Assembly: GCA_964455175.1 (NCBI GenBank)
Contig: CAYVUW010000004.1
Location: 5,177-65,152, forward strand
Reading direction: 5' to 3'
Origin: an uncultured Acidobacteriota bacterium
GTDB lineage: Bacteria; Acidobacteriota; UBA890
DNA length: 59,976 nucleotides
Position numbers and translations under genes: made by a program. Each line of letters begins with the position of its first letter. Within the stretch, counting starts at the first letter, position 1. This document shows positions 39,523-47,765 of the stretch, piece by piece. Below the pieces are notes generated by a model. It made no database searches, had not been told where the DNA came from, and saw only the letters and a list, made by a program, of their open reading frames with translations.

Positions 39523-41259
39523 ATGTATGCACGGTTTGATTCGGTGATCTCAACAGTCATTTTGACGCTTTCTCTCGTTGTTTCCTCAGCTTCATCAGCA
39601 AATACAGCAGGGCAGGGTGCTGCTGCTGAGGTTGCCCAACGTGGTGACAGCTACGCCGACCTGGTATCCATGTTCGAAGAATTTCGTGCATCTGGAGATG
39701 CAACCAACAGCGCCGGTGTGCCCGACTACTCGGCGCCGGCAGTGGCGGAGCGGTACCAGGTCCTGCAGCAATTTCGGGAGCGGCTTGCGGCGTTGGACAC
39801 AGACGCTTGGCCGATTTGGCAACAGGTTGACTACCATCTGGTGCGTGCTGAGATGAACGCCGTGGAATTCCACCATCGCGTGCACAAACCGTGGGCCCGT
39901 GATCCCGGGTTTTATTCCATCCGGGGCGGTGACGCCGGCGCCTCGATCGAAGCGGAGACGTTCACCCGCCCTCTTTTCGATCTGGAGCCGCCGTTTTCGG
40001 TAGACGAGAAAGCTCGCTACCAGGCCACGTTGCGGGCGATCCCGGGAATCTACGAGCAAGCGCGCAGCAACCTTACTGAGGCCGCCGGCGATCTTGCTGT
40101 GCTCGCCATTCGCAATGCCGAAAGTGAAGCCCGGAACTACGATCGCATTGCGCAACGACTGCAAGACGCTCACCCTGACCTGGTGCCGGACGCCCGGGCC
40201 GCCGGGCAGGCGGTGCGCGACTACGCCGCTTGGTTGGCAGCTAACCTCGATGACATGACCGCCCCGGCCGGAATCGGCAAGGACAATTACAGCTGGTGGA
40301 TGCGCAACGTGCAGCTTTCGCCGTGGGGCTGGGAGGAGAGCAACGACATCATCCAGCGGGAGTATGACCGCATCATCACGTTCCTAAAGCTCGAGGAGCA
40401 GCGCAATCGCGACCTCCCGATCCTGGAGGTCGACATGACTGAGCGGGAGTACGAGGCCAGTGTTTACGAGGCACTTCATGCTGTCGTCGAGTTTCTCCAC
40501 GACGAAAAAATCATGACCATCGACGACTGGGTAAACCCGACTGACTACACGGGCTTCGAAACGCTGGAAGAGCTCGATGAGCGCATCGTCCGTGAGGGAG
40601 GCGGGCGCGACGAGCGATTCTTGCCCGAGAACTCCAGCATCGACACCAAGGTACGGCAACGGGAGATGTTGCCCGGAGAAACGCACGAGTTCATCGGCCA
40701 CATGCTCGATTTCCAGCGCCAGGAGCGCTTGACGAAGAGCCCGATTCGCAGCGCCGGGCGGCGCTACAACATGGACTCGATGCGCACCGAGGGTTGGGCG
40801 GTGGCGCTCGAGGAGCTGCTGATGCAGGCGGGAGTACTCGACGACCGGCCCCGTAAGGGCCGGGAGATGGAGTATCTGATGAATGCCTCGCACATGAGCC
40901 TGTCGATACCCGACATGAAGATGCACGCCAACGAGATCAATTTGGAGGAGGCACGGCATCTTTGCGCCGAGATTATGCCGCGCGGTTGGTCGAGCCCTGA
41001 GGAAAACATGGTCTGGTTCGAGATGCAGTCCAATATCCGCAACCCGGGCGGCTTTCATAGCAACGTCGTTACCGGCAAGGCTTACTTCATGAAGCTGTTC
41101 AGGGAGCGAGCGCAGGAACTCGGCGAAGAATTTGTACTGAGGGACTTTATAGATGAGTTCCTGGAGGTTGGCATTATCCCAATGTCCCTCATTCGTTGGG
41201 AAATGACGGGCAACAGTGATGACATCGCCCTAGTGACCGAGGATCTGCCTCGTCGCTGA
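39523..41259 (+). CDS. Exported DUF885-like metalloprotein (THEFIGH)
   Basis: Signal peptide. Motifs QVDYHLVRAEMNA, PWARDPGFY, HEFIGH, TEGWAVALEE and SLIRWEMTG. Confidence 0.78.
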   Translation: MYARFDSVISTVILTLSLVVSSASSANTAGQGAAAEVAQRGDSYADLVSMFEEFRASGDATNSAGVPDYSAPAVAERYQVLQQFRERLAALDTDAWPIWQQVDYHLVRAEMNAVEFHHRVHKPWARDPGFYSIRGGDAGASIEAETFTRPLFDLEPPFSVDEKARYQATLRAIPGIYEQARSNLTEAAGDLAVLAIRNAESEARNYDRIAQRLQDAHPDLVPDARAAGQAVRDYAAWLAANLDDMTAPAGIGKDNYSWWMRNVQLSPWGWEESNDIIQREYDRIITFLKLEEQRNRDLPILEVDMTEREYEASVYEALHAVVEFLHDEKIMTIDDWVNPTDYTGFETLEELDERIVREGGGRDERFLPENSSIDTKVRQREMLPGETHEFIGHMLDFQRQERLTKSPIRSAGRRYNMDSMRTEGWAVALEELLMQAGVLDDRPRKGREMEYLMNASHMSLSIPDMKMHANEINLEEARHLCAEIMPRGWSSPEENMVWFEMQSNIRNPGGFHSNVVTGKAYFMKLFRERAQELGEEFVLRDFIDEFLEVGIIPMSLIRWEMTGNSDDIALVTEDLPRR

Positions 41260-41283
41260 AGGGCGCCGGAAAGGGAGTTCGAA

Positions 41284-42573
41284 ATGAAGCGAATGCAGAT
41301 GCTGCTGGTTTCCACAGTGCTCATAACCACGATGGCCTGTGCTCAGCAAGGTCCAGAAGGTCCAGACCCGAATCGGCCGGGGGCGCTAGAGCTAATCGAG
41401 TACGACGTTCCGGACCAGGTCGACATCGACTATGAGGTACTGGACGCCATCGACACTTCGTCTTCCGAGTTTGGCGTGGTGCCGTTGCCGACCGACGTCG
41501 GCAGAACCCTGACGGGGCTGTTCACGAAGTACACGAAGCACGTCGCCCCCAACGGCAAGCCGATTCATATCCTCGGCCAGTCGCGTGTGAGCGATCTACA
41601 GATGGCGCGCGCTCGGGAGATTCTCCGGTACCACCTTGCGGATGCTCCGGGCACCAGGTACGGAAGTAGTAAGTCCGAGATCGCCAACCGCATGGGAGAC
41701 GTGCGAGCGACTCTCATCTACACAGATACTCAGGCCCGGGCGTTCGCAATGTACGACATTCTCGAACCCTCGGACCTCGCTATCCAGGACCTGTATGCCA
41801 CGGAATCCCCCGTGGAGGGCGACTATGTCTATGTTCACAACGAGGCTCCGCAAGGAGGTTTCTATACCCGCGACGCTTCGTACGAAGAGATCATGCATCT
41901 GGTGCATGCCAAAGGCATCGAAGAGGCACTTCCCGAGTACCACGCTGCTATTGAACAAGCTGAGAAGCGTGCTGTGGAAGCCGGGATATACAAATACGGG
42001 CGAACAGCACCGCACGAATACATCATCAGCGGTTTCGACATCTATTTTGGCCTGTGGGACCACGACCCCCAGGGCGACGGGGGGTCGTACGGTGATGAGT
42101 ACCCGTACCACACACGTGCCGAGATGCAGGCCGGCGACCGTCCCCTGTTCGACCTGGTCGAGGAGTTCTGGCCCGAATACCTGACCTACAACGCTTACAT
42201 TGACCCATCGTTCGAAGGAACGTTCGTGATGGTCCACGACAAAGCCATCGAGTACACCAACAAGTCTCGATTCCTGGTCGACGTTACCCTCACTGGCGAC
42301 AAAGACACCAGCGTTTCAGGTAACGACCAGGACAACCTGCTTACTGGCAACGTTGGCGACAACGGTTTCACAGGTGGTGCGGGAGATGATGTGATCGCCG
42401 GTGTGGCCGGAAGTGATCGAGCCTTCTTTGCCGGGGTAGCGTCTGATTATCAGATTGAAACCAAGGGGGCGATAACGATCGTCACCGACACTGTGGACGG
42501 CCGCGATGGTACCGACGAGTTGACCGGTATCGAAGTCCTCGTTTTTCACGACAAAGAAGTCGAACTCGAGTAG
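41284..42573 (+). CDS. Zincin-like lipoprotein (EEIMH) with C-terminal RTX-type repeats
   Basis: GGGAG RBS; lipobox TMAC; RDASYEEIMH and HEYII. Nonapeptides GNVGDNGFT, GGAGDDVIA and GVAGSDRAF, then DGTDELTGIEVLVF. Paralog of 17100-18380. Confidence 0.75.
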   Translation: MKRMQMLLVSTVLITTMACAQQGPEGPDPNRPGALELIEYDVPDQVDIDYEVLDAIDTSSSEFGVVPLPTDVGRTLTGLFTKYTKHVAPNGKPIHILGQSRVSDLQMARAREILRYHLADAPGTRYGSSKSEIANRMGDVRATLIYTDTQARAFAMYDILEPSDLAIQDLYATESPVEGDYVYVHNEAPQGGFYTRDASYEEIMHLVHAKGIEEALPEYHAAIEQAEKRAVEAGIYKYGRTAPHEYIISGFDIYFGLWDHDPQGDGGSYGDEYPYHTRAEMQAGDRPLFDLVEEFWPEYLTYNAYIDPSFEGTFVMVHDKAIEYTNKSRFLVDVTLTGDKDTSVSGNDQDNLLTGNVGDNGFTGGAGDDVIAGVAGSDRAFFAGVASDYQIETKGAITIVTDTVDGRDGTDELTGIEVLVFHDKEVELE

Positions 42574-42624
42574 GGTCTGCGGCCCCTTGAAGGTTCAGAT
42601 CAACTCCTGGGAAGAATCATTTGG

Positions 42625-44163
42625 TTACCATGGTCGTGGCAGGATCCGAGGCAACATCTCATCACGCATCGCCGCGTGATACACGAACGTTGCCAAGATA
42701 ACGGAATTGGCCATGAGATCTTCAGGGACAAGGCGGTCGTAAACGTCCATGTTTGAGTGGTAGCGGCGACCGTCCCGACGGTCTTGGTGGAAGTAAAAAC
42801 CTGACAAGCCTACTTCTTGGTAGGCTTCGTGGACCCCTCTCCCGGTGGTAAACAAATGCTGCATACCTAGGTTATGCAAAGGCTTCAACCATTCGCTGAA
42901 GATCCCGCGGATTGCTTCGCTTCCCTGAATATTGAGCGCCACGATGCGCCCGGCCCCCGCGTCGACGTTGAAGTAGGCCGACAAATTGTCATAGTCGGGC
43001 TTATACTCGCGATTCTCTAGGTCGGCATAGTTTTGGGCCACGTGACTGCGGTTGCCGAAAAGGCCCATCTCGTGGCCTCCCCAAAGCCCGATGCGAATGG
43101 TCCGGCGCGGTCTGATGCCGAGTGCCTGAAAGATGCGTGCGACCTCCATGGAAGTTGCCGACCCCGCAGCGTTGTCTGTCGCCCCGGTGCCGATTGGTTC
43201 CGATTGCAGGTGCCCGCCAACCAACACGAGTTCATCGGCCAGGTCAGTGCCAGGAATTTCAGCGATAACGTTGTAATCAATGGTGTCGTCGGCAGGGAAA
43301 TCGACCCTGACCTCTGCTTCCATCTCGACCGGGATACCCTTCTGCAGGATCCTCACCATGCGGTTGTAGTGCTCCGCTGCCAGAATCCATTCGGTAATCG
43401 GCGGGCCAGCGTTCATTTCCCACATGCGCCGTTCCAAGGCGTAACCGTTGACGGCACCGTCGACGGTGCCGTAAGCATGCGAGCCGTCTGTTCTCGCTAC
43501 TGCGGCTGCACCTGCGGCGAACACTAAATCGACGCGTTCCTCAAAGGTGAATCCGCTGCGGGACCGACGTCGTTCAGGTTGTTCTGCCGGGCCGATGGGG
43601 ATTTGCGCCATCTCGTCGAGTTCCGCCTTGGTATAGGGTCCCGTAGATGGCCCGTACTGATCGCTAAGGTCGCGGAGCGGCTCGATGAGAACGACCTTGC
43701 CAGGGATCTCTTCGCGGTAGGGGGCCAGATCGGCTTCCGATTCGATATCGTCAAGGTTTACGTGTATAGCCTGGAGCCTAATTTTGCCGTTGGTGCCTAG
43801 CGACCATGCTGCAGGGTAGCCGATTATCGGCATGTAGCGTGGCGCGACCATGTGAAACGATGAGTACTGATTTTCCCAACCACGGCCAAACTCAAACGGC
43901 TCCAGGCGAGCGTTGGAAAGTCCATAGTCCTCAAGCCTTTGCCTTGCCCACTCTGCTGCTGCAAGGTAGCCGCTCGATTTGGAGTTGCGTGGACCAAACA
44001 CATCGGTGAGCCAGCCAGCGTTCTCCATTACTTCAGAGTTGTTGAAAGCCTCGTCGAGTATCTGGTCGACGATATCCCAGTGGACTGGTTCCTGGACCGG
44101 CAGAACAGCGGCGACTAAAAACGGTATCGCACAACAAATCGCAAAAAGTCGAGCTACTTTCAT
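42625..44163 (-). CDS. Exported M28-fold protein, GGHE variant
   Basis: Signal peptide. Motifs GGHLQS, GATDNAAG, WGGHEMG, FNVD and YHSNMDVYD; C-terminus LPRPW. Confidence 0.85.
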   Translation of the reverse strand: MKVARLFAICCAIPFLVAAVLPVQEPVHWDIVDQILDEAFNNSEVMENAGWLTDVFGPRNSKSSGYLAAAEWARQRLEDYGLSNARLEPFEFGRGWENQYSSFHMVAPRYMPIIGYPAAWSLGTNGKIRLQAIHVNLDDIESEADLAPYREEIPGKVVLIEPLRDLSDQYGPSTGPYTKAELDEMAQIPIGPAEQPERRRSRSGFTFEERVDLVFAAGAAAVARTDGSHAYGTVDGAVNGYALERRMWEMNAGPPITEWILAAEHYNRMVRILQKGIPVEMEAEVRVDFPADDTIDYNVIAEIPGTDLADELVLVGGHLQSEPIGTGATDNAAGSATSMEVARIFQALGIRPRRTIRIGLWGGHEMGLFGNRSHVAQNYADLENREYKPDYDNLSAYFNVDAGAGRIVALNIQGSEAIRGIFSEWLKPLHNLGMQHLFTTGRGVHEAYQEVGLSGFYFHQDRRDGRRYHSNMDVYDRLVPEDLMANSVILATFVYHAAMRDEMLPRILPRPW

Positions 44164-44288
44164 TCTGGATTTCCTCTTTGATTAATGGCGCTGCATGATC
44201 AGCACCGTTCTAACCTGAAGCGAGAGCGCGGCGGGACCCACTGTTCAGCATGCCAGCCCGAAGAGTCAATGTGATCCGCTCAAGGGTA

Positions 44289-45827
44289 CTAGCGCGATTG
44301 TTCGCCAATATGTTCCGCCAATCGAACAGCAAGCGCCGACAACGTTAGCGTTGGGTTAGCTGCTGCAATACTGGAGAAAACAGCGTTCGAACACACATAG
44401 AGGTTGTCCGTGCCGTGAATCTGCAAATCAGGATTGACGACACCATCTGCATCAGAGCTGCTCATGCGACAGGTTGACGATGCATGGGCTCCGTCAGGGT
44501 CCCCAGCGTCGGTTTCGATACTGTCTTCGGTGCACCCTGCGGTTTTCAGTATTTCAACGAACGTCTGCACATGTTCCTGTCGAGTTTTGATATTGATTTC
44601 GTGAACGCCAACCTCGATTTCTGTGGTAGGGAGGCCATGTCTCGTCGTACCGCTTCCCAAGCTCACTCGATTTTCCGGGCTTTCGAATTGCTCCATTTCA
44701 CCACCCAAAGAGATTCTCATCTCAGAAATCAAGCTTGCATCCATATCAGCCCGCGACACATTTGCAAGGATTTGTCTTTCGAGAGATGAGTTTAAGCCGA
44801 CACTCCCGGAAAACCACATTTTGCCTTTGTGCTGATATTCCGGCGAATCAAAATGCCGGCTGATCAGAGAGGTAAAGCCGAGTTCCCCAGCGAGCTTGTC
44901 CGGGTTTCCGGGCCGAACCCCTGAGGCACCCATCACTGGATGGCCGATCAAATGCCGGCCGACATGTCCTGAGTCGTTGCCAATACCGTCGACCCAGTCC
45001 TTGTTGGCAGAGGAAAGTAGAAGTTTCGCGGATTCGATCGTGCCCCCGCAAAGGATAACTGCATCGGCTTCCATTGAGTCAGGAGTCCCCGTCTTAAGGT
45101 TTAGAAAGCTGACGCCCCGGGTATGCTTTTTCCCATCCATCAGTATTTTTGTGACGGGAGCTTCTGTTTTCAGGGTTAGCTTGTCCTCATATTCGTCTTG
45201 CAGTCGTGCTAAATCGTAGAGAGCCGTATATCGGGCATTCACAGGGCAATAATTACAGGTGCCTGTCGTAATACATCGATTGCCGTCCCTGGCTATCGAC
45301 ATATGCCCGTAGGATATGTCATGGGTTTTGAGGGCCTCGATGATTAGTACGTCACCTAGGCTGAAAGCGGTTGGAGGGAATGGGTATTTCGCACCATACC
45401 GTGGGGGATCATCATTCTCTGAATCACCTGTAATGCCCAGTAGAATCTCGGCTTCCGCGTAATAAGGCGCCAGCTCGTCGTAATTGATTGGCCAGTCGGT
45501 TCCGAAGCCAGTGCGGGACTTTAGTTCAAAGTCTTCAGGCTTAAAGCGAGGTGTCAGGCCGCCCCAGTGATTGGTCGTGCCGCCTTTCATGAAAAGCCTC
45601 GAGCCGCGTAGTCCGAAGTGTTCGTGCTCGGTTCTCGGATCATCCACGAACTCTCTGTAGAGATCGACGTCGGCCATTACTTGATCAAGCCATATTCGGT
45701 AATCGCCAGGCTTAAAGTCGGGACCTGCCTCAAAAACTGTGATCTGATAGTCGTTTCCAGTCTTGAGGAGCTGCCTTGCCAATGTCACACCGGCCACGCC
45801 AGAGCCAACGATGATGATGGACTCCAT
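44289..45827 (-). CDS. GMC family FAD oxidoreductase (sugar/glucoside dehydrogenase catalytic subunit-like)
   Basis: IVGSGVAG dinucleotide motif, GGTTNHWGG, Cys cluster CITTGTCNYCP, GRHLIGHP, HASSTCRM and ANPTLT. Confidence 0.9.
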   Translation of the reverse strand: MESIIIVGSGVAGVTLARQLLKTGNDYQITVFEAGPDFKPGDYRIWLDQVMADVDLYREFVDDPRTEHEHFGLRGSRLFMKGGTTNHWGGLTPRFKPEDFELKSRTGFGTDWPINYDELAPYYAEAEILLGITGDSENDDPPRYGAKYPFPPTAFSLGDVLIIEALKTHDISYGHMSIARDGNRCITTGTCNYCPVNARYTALYDLARLQDEYEDKLTLKTEAPVTKILMDGKKHTRGVSFLNLKTGTPDSMEADAVILCGGTIESAKLLLSSANKDWVDGIGNDSGHVGRHLIGHPVMGASGVRPGNPDKLAGELGFTSLISRHFDSPEYQHKGKMWFSGSVGLNSSLERQILANVSRADMDASLISEMRISLGGEMEQFESPENRVSLGSGTTRHGLPTTEIEVGVHEINIKTRQEHVQTFVEILKTAGCTEDSIETDAGDPDGAHASSTCRMSSSDADGVVNPDLQIHGTDNLYVCSNAVFSSIAAANPTLTLSALAVRLAEHIGEQSR

Positions 45828-45828
45828 G

Positions 45829-46419
45829 CTAGACGGCTCCTTTCCTGTAGCTCTCGGGAGCGGTGAACGAACCACCGAAGTAGCCGCTGTAGTTCCATAG
45901 CCCGAAGTTCTTAAAGGCGCCCGACATGGGAATCTGATGAGTGATCAGTTCGGAGAAGACCAGACGCCTGGCGCGCCCCAGCTTCGTGGCAGCGAAATTC
46001 TGAACGTCAGAGTCGGCAAAGAGAAGGGATGCCCACGCCTGCTCCACACTGGAGGTGGTGCCGACCATCATCGAGATCAGTTCGACGGCGTGTTTGTACT
46101 CTGTTAAGTAACTGGGTTCTTCGCTTGTCTTGAAGTCAAGGTCGGCCCGTAACCGATTGAAGTAGAGCCCCATATCCGCGTCCAGTTCCCAGGCGCGGTT
46201 TACGTACTGACAAAGGCCTACAAGCTTTTCGAAGTCCTCCTGAGGCAAGCTGCCGGTTCGCTTTGCGTCAACCGGTGATCGGGAGTTGCTGACGAATTGC
46301 AGCAGTTCATCCGCTTCATCATTGCCCAGCATTACACAACCCAGGGGTATGGCTGCGAGTACGCTCGAAGAAAGCCCCATGCGGATGAGCTGTCTGCGAT
46401 CGATCTTCAATTCGGTCAT
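45829..46419 (-). CDS. Tat-signal small subunit (gluconate 2-dehydrogenase subunit 3 / hitch-hiker type) for the adjacent GMC
   Basis: Twin-arginine DRRQLIR followed by a hydrophobic stretch ending PLGC. C-terminal GAFKNFGLWNYSGYFGG. Stop lies 1 nt before the GMC start. Confidence 0.65.
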   Translation of the reverse strand: MTELKIDRRQLIRMGLSSSVLAAIPLGCVMLGNDEADELLQFVSNSRSPVDAKRTGSLPQEDFEKLVGLCQYVNRAWELDADMGLYFNRLRADLDFKTSEEPSYLTEYKHAVELISMMVGTTSSVEQAWASLLFADSDVQNFAATKLGRARRLVFSELITHQIPMSGAFKNFGLWNYSGYFGGSFTAPESYRKGAV

Positions 46420-46498
46420 GTTCGATGGATATCTTTCATGATTGGCAACAGTACGTCGACGAAGTTACCTGGATGTTTCTGGTAGGAAATTGGGATGA

Positions 46499-47332
46499 TT
46501 AGTGATGCTCGTACGGTTCAATAGTGAGGGTCATCCCCGTGTATTTTCCGTCGGGAGCAACGCTCGGGAATTTGTACTCGGAGTTGCTTAAAATTGCGTA
46601 AACGGCAAGGTCCTTCTCCTGTAACAACGCTCGTGTCGTCAGCTTCCACTCGCGGCCAACCTGCTCGAAGCGTCCGGGGATGTCTTGCGCGCCGAGAAAT
46701 GAAGTAAACGCCCAGTAGATATATTCCGACGCCATACAGTCATAGTCGCAGGTTTCATCGTCGTAGGAATACCAAGCACCAGACGGGTATTCGTCTGGAA
46801 TTTCTTGAAATTGTCCACCGCGGGCCAAATCCATTGCGTTGGCGATCTCCGTCCCAGGTACCCTCCCAAAGACCTCAGGGTAAGCGCCGCCCCAGCCGAC
46901 ATCTGAGACCATATGTAGGATTTCTTCCAGCGCCCCGTCGAAAACCCCTTCCTCCTTAGCATCCGGGTGAGTTTCGTCGCCATACAAACCTTGGCCGCGT
47001 GGGCGTGACCCCCTCGGGGCACCCCGCATTTCACCCTGCGTCCCAGTCATGGTAATAGCGCCTTCCCCTTCGAGAAGTGCCGCCATGATCAGCGGGTTGT
47101 CTGGTTTGCCGTCTTCGTTGTTGTCTATGTACTGGGCAAGCACTCCGGCCGCGTGAAGCAGCTTGTGATCGCCGGTTGTGTTTGTGGCGTAAATGGGCAC
47201 ACCGAACACATCAACCTTTTTGGTAAACGCTACCCGCTCGTTTGATTGTGGCAGCTCTAAGTCACTCGAATCACTGTTGCTGCATGCTCCCATTATGAAA
47301 ATGACCAGCATTAATACACACATTGTTTTCAT
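46499..47332 (-). CDS. Zincin-like lipoprotein (EEILH)
   Basis: Lipobox MGAC. Motifs FTKKVDVFGVPI, DNNEDGKPDN, FDGALEEILH and CDYDCMASEYIYW. TTG at 47347 is an alternative start. Confidence 0.72.
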   Translation of the reverse strand: MKTMCVLMLVIFIMGACSNSDSSDLELPQSNERVAFTKKVDVFGVPIYATNTTGDHKLLHAAGVLAQYIDNNEDGKPDNPLIMAALLEGEGAITMTGTQGEMRGAPRGSRPRGQGLYGDETHPDAKEEGVFDGALEEILHMVSDVGWGGAYPEVFGRVPGTEIANAMDLARGGQFQEIPDEYPSGAWYSYDDETCDYDCMASEYIYWAFTSFLGAQDIPGRFEQVGREWKLTTRALLQEKDLAVYAILSNSEYKFPSVAPDGKYTGMTLTIEPYEHH

Positions 47333-47477
47333 AGGTGTTGGCTTCAACTTGTCCCCGCTTTCGCCAAGAGAGGCAGTTTAAGATGGGTGACATTTCATCT
47401 CGGAATGCGATCCCAGACCCTTTGAAACCCCAGGTTTTGTAAGCCCCCAGCCTCCAAAAGAAAGCCGGAGATGCCGC

Positions 47478-47504
47478 CATTGTTGTTTCTAAGAAACCTC
47501 AATG
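47478..47504. promoter_or_regulatory. Operator-like imperfect palindrome in a divergent promoter region
   Basis: CATTG-TT-GTTTCT-A-AGAAAC-CT-CAATG; 11 of 13 symmetric positions are complementary around 47491. Confidence 0.35.
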
Positions 47505-47765
47505 TGTTTGCCCCCCACCGGAACGATCGGTGGGATATGAGACTAGGGCAAAGTTCATGATCACTCCTTGTATCTCAGTGGCCGGATGAGGGCAAGAGTC
47601 TGATTGAGCATGCACATCGCGGCAAGTTAACTTCAGTGATTATGTTTTGTTATCAGTGTGAATACTGGCCTGTTGTTCGCTGGCACAGCTGCGAATAGAG
47701 TTTTAAAGCGTTCGTCAAGTGCTGGAGGTCAGTGGGCGAACATTCTGTTCTTGAGGAGGGTAATA

